Below are positions 1-9,155 of a stretch of DNA of 64,000 nucleotides, piece after piece. The translations under genes were made by a program, and so were the position numbers. This DNA comes from an uncultured delta proteobacterium (GTDB taxonomy: Bacteria; Myxococcota_A; Polyangia; Polyangiales; Polyangiaceae): the NCBI GenBank assembly GCA_963841435.1, contig CAWJCS010000003.1, positions 448,001-512,000 of the forward strand, in the 5' to 3' direction. Below the pieces are notes generated by a model that saw nothing but the letters and a program-made list of their open reading frames with translations, had not been told where the DNA came from and did not search any database. Every line of letters starts with the position of its first letter. Positions within the stretch are counted from its first letter, which is position 1.

Positions 1-161
1 TGTTCGTCAACCTCGAGCCACCACCCGACGACCTAGCGGCAAACTACGTGGTCGATACGACGCAGCTTCTCGGCATTCAGTTTCACGTGCCGCCGCTCAC
101 CCAGCCCGCGCCGCTGAAATACGCGTTCTGCATCAGCCATCTCGCGCTACTCCGCGAGTAG
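1..161 (+). CDS. 3' end of a carbohydrate-binding-like (galactose-binding jelly-roll, CIA30/CBM11-like) protein, partial
   Basis: Frame from nt 3 reads FVNLEPPPDDLAANYVVDTTQLLGIQFHVPPLTQPAPLKYAFCISHLALLRE*, clearly paralogous to the C-terminus of 2362..3252 (YVFDTKRILGIQFHVP...YAFCVENLTLLRH). Confidence 0.7.
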   Translation, partial: FVNLEPPPDDLAANYVVDTTQLLGIQFHVPPLTQPAPLKYAFCISHLALLRE

Positions 162-237
162 CGCGCGCTCGACCGCCGGGGCACGGACTCCCGGAGTCGC
201 ACCGCCCTGCGCGGCGGCGCTCGGCAGCACCCTCGGA

Positions 238-265
238 ACGTCCCGCGGACGTCCGAGGAACGTCC
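238..265 (+). promoter_or_regulatory. Triple direct repeat ACGTCC with 11-bp period upstream of the porin gene; putative regulator site
   Basis: ACGTCC at 238, 249 and 260 in intergenic DNA. Confidence 0.35.
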
Positions 266-360
266 GAAGGGTGCCGGACGATCTCGAAAACCCGCGCTCT
301 CGCAGCGCACCCGGAGCGAGCACGACCAGGCACGTCGGTTGCACCGGGGCACCGCATCCC

Positions 361-2277
361 ATGCGAACCATCGTCCTCGCGAGTCTCTGTCTGCTGCTGC
401 CCGTCACGGCCCGAGCCCAAACCCCCGGCGAGCAGAAGCCGGAGAGCGACACGAGCCCGACGGAGTCCGCGGCCGCGGCGGCGGAGAGCGAAGCGTCCCC
501 CGCGACGCCACCCGACGCGCTGGCGGCACCGGAGCCGAACGCGGGCGGTCCCGCGGGACCCATGCCCGAAAATCCCAGCCGCGCCGAGGCGCCACCGCCG
601 GCGAGCGCCGCCCCTCGCATCCCCACGGAGCCCGAGGACAGCGGTGGCTCTTGGCACTTCGACTACCACGGCTACCTGCGCGCCCCGATGCGCATCGGCA
701 TCGGCAGGCGCCTGCCGGAAGACACGAACGGCTTCGGCGTTTCGGGTCGCAGCGCGACCACGCTTCACCAGCCCGTCGTTCCGGACGATCAATACCTGAG
801 CTTTCAGTCGACCGCCCACAACATGCGCACCTGGGCGGAGGGCTTCTTCAGCTACGGCAACGACTGGGTGAAGGGCGTGATCGGAATCGGCGCCTACAAC
901 CTGACGGAAGCGGGCTTCAGCGATCCCGAGTCGCAGTGGGGCATCTCGCAGGCGTACGTGGAGCTCACGCCGGACCTCGGCTACGAAAACGTGCGCATCC
1001 GTGGCAAAGCGGGCGCCATCGTCAACCGCTATGGCATGGCGGGGCGCTACGACGCGGGCGAGTACGACATGTACATGTTCGGCCGCACGCACGTGATGGG
1101 CGAGACGTTCCACGTCGACTACGACGTGACACCGGCCTGGACGCTCTACCTCGAGCAGGGCTTCGGCACGCACGAGCCGGACCCCAAAGCCGCGAACAAC
1201 GCGCATTTCACGCTGCTGCACCACGAGCACATCGGGCTCAAGCAGGGCCGCGATCTCGAGCTCGGCGCGCACTACCTCATGAGCTGGTCGCAGGAGGAGT
1301 TTCGCAATACGGGCGGCGTCGCGACCGGGAGCAAGGGCGCGCCGCGCAACGGCTTGCCGAACGGGAAGCTGTGGGTCACCGGGGTCGAAGCGCGCGCCGA
1401 GCTCGGAGCCTTCGGCTACGTCTACGGAGCGTTTTCCCACGTCGGATCGGACTATTCGCTCAACGTGTCGCGCGCGATCGAGGTGCTGCACGCCTCGGGC
1501 GGCGGGGAGTTCGAGCTCGGCATCCCCGCGAACTACCTCGACAGCCCGCGCTGTCTCGAGACGCCGCCCACCGTTCAGGTCCCGGTGCCGGCAGGAGCGC
1601 CGCCGAACTGGCAGCCGCTCGACATGAATGGCTGCAGCGACGGCAACGGTTCGATCAACGCAATCCAAGGTCACTACCAGTTCAGCCTCACGAACTTCCG
1701 GCAGCAGATCGCAGGGGGGGAGCGCTTCTGGGGGCGCGGCTTCGACGCCGTGCTCAAGCTCTACGGCTTCGCGGCATTCGTGAACAGCGAGGCCCGCGAC
1801 ACGACGAAGGTCTCGAAGAACGGTGGGCAGCTCACCGAGGCGCCGCAGGGTTACAAGCTCGTCAAGTCCAAGTTCGGCGTCGATCTCTTGGTGCAAGCGC
1901 TGCCCTGGCTCTCGCCGGCATTGCGCTTCGACCGCGTGCTGCCAAACAGCCACGTACCGGAGCAATCGTTCGCGGTTCTCTCGCCGCGCCTCGAGTTCAA
2001 GACGCAGTGGGTGACGCACGAGCGCGTGACGCTCGGCTACTCACACTACTTTTACGACCAGCGCTTGTGCGAGCCGCGTCTCGTCTCCGACGGCAGCGGC
2101 GGAAACGTCCCCAACCCGGATCCACTCTCGCAATACCGCTGCACGCAGCCGCCTCCGTCGGCGGTTCCTTACGACGGTTTCGGAACCAACACGATCGATC
2201 AGGACGGCAAGCGCGCGACGGGCGTAACGCGCCCCGACGAGAACGTGTTCAAGGTCGAAGCGACCATGTGGTGGTGA
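361..2277 (+). CDS. Outer-membrane beta-barrel (porin-like) protein
   Basis: Signal peptide MRTIVLASLCLLLPVTARA, Pro/Ala-rich linker, alternating aromatic beta-strand pattern, C-terminal FKVEATMWW. Confidence 0.7.
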   Translation: MRTIVLASLCLLLPVTARAQTPGEQKPESDTSPTESAAAAAESEASPATPPDALAAPEPNAGGPAGPMPENPSRAEAPPPASAAPRIPTEPEDSGGSWHFDYHGYLRAPMRIGIGRRLPEDTNGFGVSGRSATTLHQPVVPDDQYLSFQSTAHNMRTWAEGFFSYGNDWVKGVIGIGAYNLTEAGFSDPESQWGISQAYVELTPDLGYENVRIRGKAGAIVNRYGMAGRYDAGEYDMYMFGRTHVMGETFHVDYDVTPAWTLYLEQGFGTHEPDPKAANNAHFTLLHHEHIGLKQGRDLELGAHYLMSWSQEEFRNTGGVATGSKGAPRNGLPNGKLWVTGVEARAELGAFGYVYGAFSHVGSDYSLNVSRAIEVLHASGGGEFELGIPANYLDSPRCLETPPTVQVPVPAGAPPNWQPLDMNGCSDGNGSINAIQGHYQFSLTNFRQQIAGGERFWGRGFDAVLKLYGFAAFVNSEARDTTKVSKNGGQLTEAPQGYKLVKSKFGVDLLVQALPWLSPALRFDRVLPNSHVPEQSFAVLSPRLEFKTQWVTHERVTLGYSHYFYDQRLCEPRLVSDGSGGNVPNPDPLSQYRCTQPPPSAVPYDGFGTNTIDQDGKRATGVTRPDENVFKVEATMWW

Positions 2278-2361
2278 GTGCCCGGCGGAGACGACCTTTC
2301 GACGAACGGCGAACGAGGCGAAACGGGGTGACGACGCTCGGACGAAGCACGGAGGTTCAGG

Positions 2362-3252
2362 ATGAAACCCGGAAAATGCTGCAGAGCTTGCGCTAGAATG
2401 CTGATGTTGGGGGCAACGGTCGCGGCTTGCAGCACGCCGCCCGACGAGACCACGCCGTCGGGCACGGGGGGCTCGGGGAGCGGCGGATTCCGCCGGGGAC
2501 GCGAACGCCGACGTGACGATGGTTCCCGACTCGACCGGCTGGCTCGAGGGCGCCGACAATACCTTCGGCGTGCAGGGCGCGTGGTATCCGTACGGCGACC
2601 AGTACGGAGACCGGCCGACCGACGCCAAGTGCATCCGAAGGGGCATGCACGATCCCTCCGAGTGCTCGACCATCGCGACGCCCGCGTTCGATTTGAGGGC
2701 GTTTCCCAACGTGGGGGAAAAATGTGCACCGAGGGCGCCGTCGCGGTCATCCTCCCCTGCGCAGCAGGCATCACCACCTCGGGCTGCCCCGACAAGGACT
2801 ACTCGAACATGTGGGGCGCCGGCATCGGCATGGACCTCAACGCCAAAAAGGCGGAGGACGGCGGCCAGAAGAATAGCTGGGATCCGGCGCTCTTCGGCGT
2901 GATCGGCATCTCGTTCGAAATCGACGCCGTGCCGCTCCCGGGCCTGCGCGTGGAATTTCCCATGCTGCTCACGGACGAAGAGGCCGCGCGCGTAAACCTT
3001 CCGTCGGGCTCCACCACCGACGACCATCCCGACGGCGCGCCGTACTGGGGCGCAACGAGCGTCTTCCCGGCCTCGAACGTGGTGGCCGGCACGAACCGCG
3101 TCGTTTGGTCCGAGGTGCAGCCGCCCCGGACGAACTACGTCTTCGATACCAAGCGCATTCTCGGCATCCAGTTCCACGTGCCCGCGGTGCCCGGCCCGAA
3201 CAAGGGCCCCTACGCGTTCTGCGTCGAGAACCTCACGCTACTCCGGCACTAA
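2362..3252 (+). CDS. Lipoprotein with carbohydrate-binding-like domain; contains two compensating frameshifts (~2488, ~2716)
   Basis: Lipobox VAAC, Gly/Ser linker, WGAGIGMDLN and ILGIQFHV motifs; the plausible middle segment is in the +1 frame (ORF 2513..2902). Confidence 0.65.
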   Translation: MKPGKCCRACARMLMLGATVAACSTPPDETTPSGTGGSGSGGFRRGRERRRDDGSRLDRLARGRRQYLRRAGRVVSVRRPVRRPADRRQVHPKGHARSLRVLDHRDARVRFEGVSQRGGKMCTEGAVAVILPCAAGITTSGCPDKDYSNMWGAGIGMDLNAKKAEDGGQKNSWDPALFGVIGISFEIDAVPLPGLRVEFPMLLTDEEAARVNLPSGSTTDDHPDGAPYWGATSVFPASNVVAGTNRVVWSEVQPPRTNYVFDTKRILGIQFHVPAVPGPNKGPYAFCVENLTLLRH

Positions 3253-3372
3253 CGAGCCGCCCCGGAAGGGCTCCCGGGGGCTCCGCCCGGGCGATGGTCT
3301 GCCCCCGCGCGCCCGAGACCCGGGAGCACCGATTTGGCGCGCCCCGCTCCGACGTGCTTTTCTTGTGCGCGG

Positions 3373-4137
3373 ATGGGACTGGTGCCTTTGGTCGCGCTCG
3401 CGTCGAGCACGAAAGCGCTCGCGCACTTCGGGAGCCCTCACGCGCCGCGCACGCCCGTCGACGCCCTCCCCGTGCGGCACGGTATCGAGTCGCTCGCGGA
3501 GGGCTGGTCCGCATTCGGCGACGGGTGGCTCCTGCTCGACATGTGCGTGGTGATGCTGCTCGCGCTCCTGCTCGGCGGGCTCATCGCGTATCACCCCTCG
3601 GTCAGGCGCGGCATCTCGAACCTCGAGCACGTCGAGCAACCGAAGACGTTGCTCATTTACGCGGTCGTCGCGGCCGTCGTGGCGCTCATCGTCCAGGTGC
3701 AGCCCGCCATGGCCTTCGTGATCTTCGGCATCGGGGGGCTTCTGCGCTTTCGCACCAGGGTGGGCGATGCCAAGGACACCGGCCGCGTGATCCTCGTCAC
3801 GGTGATCGGTTTGTGCTGTGGCCTCAAGATCTACGTGGTCGCCGTTCCCGCGACGCTCATCGGGTGGCTGCTCATCTACGTTTTGGAGCGCGAGGTGATG
3901 GCGGCGATCCGGATTTCCGGCGTCCCCGAGGGGTCGCTTCAGGAATCGGCTCGGGCTCACCGCGCCCTGATCCAGGCCGCCGGCTTCACCGTCATCGGCG
4001 AACAGACGCGCTTCGCGAAGCGCGAGCTGAGCTTCGTCGTGAAAGCGGCCGTGGTGCCCGACCGTGACCGTTTGGGGGCCGCCTTCGACGCGCTGCCCGC
4101 CGAGGTGCGCGGCGTCGTCAACTGGGAGAGGCTCTAG
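3373..4137 (+). CDS. DUF4956-like (MgtC-like) membrane protein
   Basis: Several TM helices; FGIGGLLRFRT..AKDT..VIGLCCG pattern. Confidence 0.7.
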   Translation: MGLVPLVALASSTKALAHFGSPHAPRTPVDALPVRHGIESLAEGWSAFGDGWLLLDMCVVMLLALLLGGLIAYHPSVRRGISNLEHVEQPKTLLIYAVVAAVVALIVQVQPAMAFVIFGIGGLLRFRTRVGDAKDTGRVILVTVIGLCCGLKIYVVAVPATLIGWLLIYVLEREVMAAIRISGVPEGSLQESARAHRALIQAAGFTVIGEQTRFAKRELSFVVKAAVVPDRDRLGAAFDALPAEVRGVVNWERL

Positions 4138-4245
4138 GACGACCCCGAGAGCCCGAAAACCGGCTAGGTCGGCGCCGTTTTGGAGCCGTGCCAGGGGCCG
4201 GGCCGAAAAGTTTTCCAATTTCCGTCGGGCGTGGAGGCTCTGGGC

Positions 4246-5310
4246 GTGTCGCCCCCTCCCCCCTTCACATGGACGCTGCTCGGACTCTCGCTCGCGGGCC
4301 TGTGCCTCGCCGGCACGGCTCAAGCGCGTTTGGCGTCGCAGTCGAGCGCCGGGCAGCCCCCGGGCAAGGCGGCGAGCGCCAAGCACGACCGCGCCCGCGC
4401 CAAGGGCGACGCGGCAAGCGCCCCGCGGCCCAAGCCCGCGAAAGCGAAGAGCAAGGGGCCCGCCGCTCTGAAAGGCCAAAGGCGGTCGAGCGTGGCAAAG
4501 GCGGCCCCAGCGCTGAAGGCGGCGTCGCTCGAAAAGCAGCCGGCAGCCAAGGAGCACGGGGAGCAGCCATCGTCCGCCCGCGCCAGCACCACGAAGGGCA
4601 AGAATGCAAAAGCGCTGACCGACCCGAAGCGGGTCGTCTTACCGCCACACGAAAACCCATACCTGGAGATCCCCGAGCGCAAGGTCGCCGAAGCGACGCT
4701 CGCGTTCCACTACGCGAATCTCTCCAACGAGGAGGCCTTGGAGGAGCTCGACCGCCGGGAGATCGCCTGGGAACCTGCCACACCGCCGATGCCGGGCGTG
4801 CGCGCGCCCATCCGCCTCACGGGGCCGCTCCGGGGCGTCTTCATTCACTCGACCCTACCGCCGGCCGAGCGCGCCACGAGCCCATTCGAGATCCTCGACG
4901 CCCGCCTGGCGCTCGCGCTCGACGATTTCTGCGTCCTGCTCGCCCAGCACGACGTGACTGAAATCGTGCACTACACGATGTACCGGCCGCCAGCCGTGCT
5001 CCCGAAGGACCCCGAGCGCCAGATCCGCCACCCGGCGGGCCTCGCCATCGACATGGGTGCCCTGAAAAAGCGCGATGGTCGCTGGCTCGCCGTGGGCCCG
5101 CACTGGCCGAGCGACATCGGCGCGAAAACCTGCGGCGCGGGGGCCCGCGAGCACTGGACGCCCGAGGCGCGGGAGCTCGTCAGCATCGTCTGCGAGGCAA
5201 CTGACCAGCGCCTCTTTCATTTCGCGCTGACGCCGGACTTCGACGCCGCGCACGCCGACCACGTGCACCTGGAGATCAAGCCCGGGGCCCGCTGGTTCAT
5301 CGTGAACTGA
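4246..5310 (+). CDS. Extensin-family (Extensin-like_C, peptidase M15-like fold) secreted protein; start uncertain (4180-4246)
   Basis: Signal peptide, Lys/Ala-rich linker, HPAGLAID and HADHVHLE metal motifs. Confidence 0.7.
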   Translation: MSPPPPFTWTLLGLSLAGLCLAGTAQARLASQSSAGQPPGKAASAKHDRARAKGDAASAPRPKPAKAKSKGPAALKGQRRSSVAKAAPALKAASLEKQPAAKEHGEQPSSARASTTKGKNAKALTDPKRVVLPPHENPYLEIPERKVAEATLAFHYANLSNEEALEELDRREIAWEPATPPMPGVRAPIRLTGPLRGVFIHSTLPPAERATSPFEILDARLALALDDFCVLLAQHDVTEIVHYTMYRPPAVLPKDPERQIRHPAGLAIDMGALKKRDGRWLAVGPHWPSDIGAKTCGAGAREHWTPEARELVSIVCEATDQRLFHFALTPDFDAAHADHVHLEIKPGARWFIVN

Positions 5311-5404
5311 AGGCGCCCGGGAGCGGCCTCGGCCCACCGCGACGGTTGACAGAAGACCTACGACCGGGGGAGCCTGAACGCGCGCTCATCATCAGATCGT
5401 AAGG

Positions 5405-8164
5405 ATGCCGCTCCTCAGCTCGAGCATCGTCAAGCACCAGCTCGCGACAGTGCAGAAGGTCGAGGAGGCGCTCGCGCGCCAATCGGCCTACGGCGGCGAT
5501 CTGCTCACGAACCTGCTCGAGGTCGCGTCCCTGAGCGAGGAGCGGCTCGCCGGCGCGCTCGCCGACTCGTCCGGGCTCGAACCGGCGCCCATCGGCGAGC
5601 TGCCGCGACCCCCCGAGCGGATCCGGCGCCTGGTTCCCGCCGACGTTGCCGAGCGTTTCGCCTGCCATCCGCTCGAAGAGCGGGACGGTACGCTGACGCT
5701 TGCCGTGAGCGAGCCGCTGCCGACCGAGGTCGAGAGCGACCTCGGTTTCGCGCTCGGCGTCGGCATCGTGCAGCGCGTCGCACCGCTGGTGCGGGTCAAG
5801 CAGGCCGTGGCGCGCGACTACGGGCTCGAGCTCGACGAGCGCACCGCCTCGGCCCTCGCGCGACTCGAGGGGCGCGCGCTGCCGAGCCCGAGCGCGCGCC
5901 CCCGCGCGGAGCCGATTGTCGCCGGGCGACCCGCGACGGTCGCGCCCGCGCCGCACGAACGCGAGGCGGTGAAGCCCGCCGCCGCGGGCCCGGCGCCGAC
6001 GAGCCTGAAAGCCCTCATGAAAGCCGCGCGACCTTCGCAAGCGCGCCCGCGCCGCCTCGGCCCCTTCACGGCGGCCATGGCGGAGCACGACTTGCTCGAT
6101 GCGCCGACCCGCGACGACGTCTTGCGGGCGTTCTTCGACTTTTCCAAGCAATACTTCGACTACGCCGCCCTGTTCGCCGTTCATGCGGATCTGGCCGAGG
6201 GCCGCGACGCGCACGGCCCCGGTGCCCCCCGCGCCAAAGTGCAATCGATTGGCGTGCCGCTCGACCTGCCGGGCGTGCTCGCCACGGCCCGCGACGCGCA
6301 GAGTCACAAGCTCCAGCGGCTCGGCGGCGGGGGGCTCGACGGCGCGCTCGCGAAAGATCTCGAGCGCAGGCCGGGACCCCTCGCGCTGTTCTTGCCAGTG
6401 CGCGTTCGCGGCCGGACCATCTTGATTCTGTACGGCGATCACGGCGACCAAGACATCGACCTTTACGCCGTCGGCGACGTGATCTCGTTTGCCCCGCTCG
6501 TCTCGTCCGCGCTCGAGCGTCTCATCATGCAGCGCAAGCGCGGCAAGGCCGAGGCACACGCGCTCACGTCGCTCGTACCGCCACGCCGGCAGCATCCCGC
6601 GCTGCCCGGACCCGAAGAGCGCGCGCAGGCCCTGGTGTCCATGTTCGGTGGGCGGCCGCGTGGAGCGCCGTCGTCGATCCCTCCCGAGGTCGACTCCGCG
6701 CCAGCGCCGGCCTCGCCGACGCCGCCCGATCAGACGCCCGCACCCGTAGCGGCCGAAACCTCGGCTTCGGAGGCCGCCTCGCTCGCTCGGCCGAGCGAAT
6801 CGCCCGCACCGCCATCACGCGGTGTGCGGCCCCTCGCTCCGACGCTCGGCAGCGATCGGCCGCGCGACAGCACCCCACCGCGCTCGATCGCCGAAGCGCT
6901 CGCACGTCCCGTGATCCCCGTCGGCCCGCGGCCGTCGGAAGCGCCAACCGATCCGGCAGCGTCCTCCGCTCCGGTGGCGCGCCGTTTCGCCTCCGTGCCG
7001 CCCTCGGTCGTCGACGCCGGATGGGAAGCGCTCGCGGGCTTCGCAAGCCGCGAGGGCGGCACGCGACCCGGCGTCGGCAGTGGTCGCGCGGCAACCCCCA
7101 AGCCACCACCGAGCGAGGACGACTCGCCGGACGTCTCCTTCCAAGCCGCGGCGAGGGACGAAGTGCTCGAGGCGCTCGCCGCCGACGAGGCGTCGGGCGT
7201 GCAAGCTATGCCCGGCTCGCGCACCGCCGCGCACAGTGCACGACCCTTGCCGGCGCGTAGCGCGCCGCTCCACGGGGCCCTGCCGACGGTGATCGTCGAT
7301 GGCAGCGCCGATTTCGCGCTGCTCATCGAGCAGCTCCGCGCCGGCGACGCCAGCGCAAGCGACAAGCTCGTCGAGGCGGGCACGCGCGCGATTTCGGCCC
7401 TCGCGGCCGCGTTCCCGGGCCCCATCGAGGCCCCCTCGTCGCGTCGCGGCAACGCCGGGATGCCCCGCGCATCCGAGTGCGGCCCCGTGCTCAAGACCCT
7501 CGTGCGCATCGGTGCCCCCGCCGTGCCGTTCGTCGTGGTGCGCACCAACGACGCCGACCCCACGATCCGCGGCTTCGCGACGCGCGTGCTCGGCGAGATC
7601 CCTTCGACCGACAGCTCGCGCGCCATCGCACGCCGCTTCTTCGATGCCGACATGGACGTGCGTCGCGCGGCGCTGACCGCCGCACGGCTCCTGTCGAGCT
7701 CGCCGGACGCGACGAGCGCGCTCGTCGCCGAGCTCGGGCTCACGGCGGAAGATCGCATGAAGCCGACGACCGTGCGCCTCACGTCGATGGAGGTGCTCGC
7801 GGACCTCAGGCAAGCGCAGGCTGTGCCGTATCTCGTCATGGCACTCGAGGACAACCCGGTGGACATCGTGCAGGCGGCGCGGCGCGCGTTGGTGACGCTC
7901 ACGCGCAACGACTTCGGCATCGACCCCTTGCGCTGGAGCGAGTGGTGGCGTGCAAACTCCAAGCGCCACCGCATCGAGTGGCTGATCGACGCGCTGACTC
8001 ACGAATCGCGCGACCTGAGGCGCGCCGCCGGCGAGGAGCTGAAAGGGCAGACCCGCGAGTACTTCGGCTACTACGACGATCTGCCCCCACTGGAGCGCCG
8101 GCAGGCGCAGGACCAGTACCGCGAGTGGTGGGAAACGCGCGGCAAGGGCCGTTTCAGAAGCTGA
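5405..8164 (+). CDS. GspE/PilB N-terminal (T2SSE_N)-domain protein with GAF-like region, Pro-rich linker and C-terminal HEAT repeats
   Basis: N-terminal EEALARQ..GGDLLTNLLE and VAERFACHPLE pattern; HEAT-like repeats (DVRRAA, IVQAARRAL, DLRRAAGEEL). Confidence 0.65.
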   Translation: MPLLSSSIVKHQLATVQKVEEALARQSAYGGDLLTNLLEVASLSEERLAGALADSSGLEPAPIGELPRPPERIRRLVPADVAERFACHPLEERDGTLTLAVSEPLPTEVESDLGFALGVGIVQRVAPLVRVKQAVARDYGLELDERTASALARLEGRALPSPSARPRAEPIVAGRPATVAPAPHEREAVKPAAAGPAPTSLKALMKAARPSQARPRRLGPFTAAMAEHDLLDAPTRDDVLRAFFDFSKQYFDYAALFAVHADLAEGRDAHGPGAPRAKVQSIGVPLDLPGVLATARDAQSHKLQRLGGGGLDGALAKDLERRPGPLALFLPVRVRGRTILILYGDHGDQDIDLYAVGDVISFAPLVSSALERLIMQRKRGKAEAHALTSLVPPRRQHPALPGPEERAQALVSMFGGRPRGAPSSIPPEVDSAPAPASPTPPDQTPAPVAAETSASEAASLARPSESPAPPSRGVRPLAPTLGSDRPRDSTPPRSIAEALARPVIPVGPRPSEAPTDPAASSAPVARRFASVPPSVVDAGWEALAGFASREGGTRPGVGSGRAATPKPPPSEDDSPDVSFQAAARDEVLEALAADEASGVQAMPGSRTAAHSARPLPARSAPLHGALPTVIVDGSADFALLIEQLRAGDASASDKLVEAGTRAISALAAAFPGPIEAPSSRRGNAGMPRASECGPVLKTLVRIGAPAVPFVVVRTNDADPTIRGFATRVLGEIPSTDSSRAIARRFFDADMDVRRAALTAARLLSSSPDATSALVAELGLTAEDRMKPTTVRLTSMEVLADLRQAQAVPYLVMALEDNPVDIVQAARRALVTLTRNDFGIDPLRWSEWWRANSKRHRIEWLIDALTHESRDLRRAAGEELKGQTREYFGYYDDLPPLERRQAQDQYREWWETRGKGRFRS

Positions 8165-8275
8165 AAGCCCGAGCGCCGTCCCGAAGGCGACGGAAAACCC
8201 ACCTGAACGCGGGTTCGGTGGACTGAAAGACCCCTCGACAGCGTCGCCGGACCCGTGGGAAAACGGCGGCCCTTC

Positions 8276-8479
8276 ATGGCAGCGGAGCCCGACAGCGAAT
8301 TCTCGGCTTTGCGCGCGGCGAACCTCGCGTTCAACGGGCGTAGGAAAGGCAGCGTCTCGACGCTTGCCTCGATCGAGCTCAAGTCGAGCGATCCACGCGC
8401 CAGCGTGTGGGAGGTTGCCGCGATGGCCTCCGTCGGGCTACTCGCCGCGCTCGTCGTCGTCGGCGTCTGGCTGCTCTGA
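8276..8479 (+). CDS. Small hypothetical protein with C-terminal TM helix
   Basis: ATG 8276, hydrophobic C-terminus ASVGLLAALVVVGVWLL. Confidence 0.35.
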   Translation: MAAEPDSEFSALRAANLAFNGRRKGSVSTLASIELKSSDPRASVWEVAAMASVGLLAALVVVGVWLL

Positions 8480-8503
8480 AAAGAGCGCCGGGCGGGGCGC
8501 GTT

Positions 8504-9010
8504 CTACTCGCCCTTCTTGCCGGGGCCGCTCTTCTTGCTGCCGGTGAGATTAACGTCCCACTCCACGGTGTGCTCTTCGCCGTTGTAGGCGGGGACGATG
8601 ACGCTGCCCATCGCGCGTAGCACGCACTTGCCGACGGCCTTGTCCTCGTACTCCGTGCCGATCTTCGCGTCCTTCACGTGACCGTCGTTGGCGAACACGA
8701 GCGTGACGGTCGCCGTGCCCTTCGGGCCCTTTTCGGTGACGGAATCGGGGCACGTTTCGGCGGAGCGACCCGCACGGCGCAGCTCGAGGTCGGCCTGCTT
8801 GTCGTCCCACTCGCGCTTCTTTTCGTCCTCGGTCGTCGTCGGCTCGTCGTAAGCGCCTCCCCGCTTCTTCTCCTCGGCGATCTGTTGGGCGCCTTGTTTC
8901 TCCTGCTCGGCGAGCCACTGGTCCGGGGACTTCACGTCCTGGTGCTCGTCGACCCCACAGGCACCGAGGAGTAGACAGAGGCCGATGGCACTCACGATGG
9001 AACGCGTCAT
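8504..9010 (-). CDS. Lipoprotein with AgmX/PglI-like (TonB-C-like) C-terminal domain
   Basis: Lipobox LGAC; GTATVTLVFANDGHV...VGKCV pattern. Confidence 0.6.
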   Translation of the reverse strand: MTRSIVSAIGLCLLLGACGVDEHQDVKSPDQWLAEQEKQGAQQIAEEKKRGGAYDEPTTTEDEKKREWDDKQADLELRRAGRSAETCPDSVTEKGPKGTATVTLVFANDGHVKDAKIGTEYEDKAVGKCVLRAMGSVIVPAYNGEEHTVEWDVNLTGSKKSGPGKKGE

Positions 9011-9084
9011 GGCGCGCAGCCTAGCGAAGGACAGGCAGGTCTTCAAATGCGACACGCGAGCGCTCCATCGGCGTCGGTCAGCTC

Positions 9085-9150
9085 CAAATAATTGTAATGT
9101 CTATGGATTCATTTTTAAATTGACTTAGTCTATAGGCAGGGTTCACTTAT
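9085..9150 (+). promoter_or_regulatory. AT-rich promoter/operator region of the OprO/P porin gene
   Basis: Conspicuously AT-rich stretch in GC-rich DNA; contains TTGACT and AGTCTATAGGC. Confidence 0.45.
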
Positions 9151-9155
9151 CAGGA

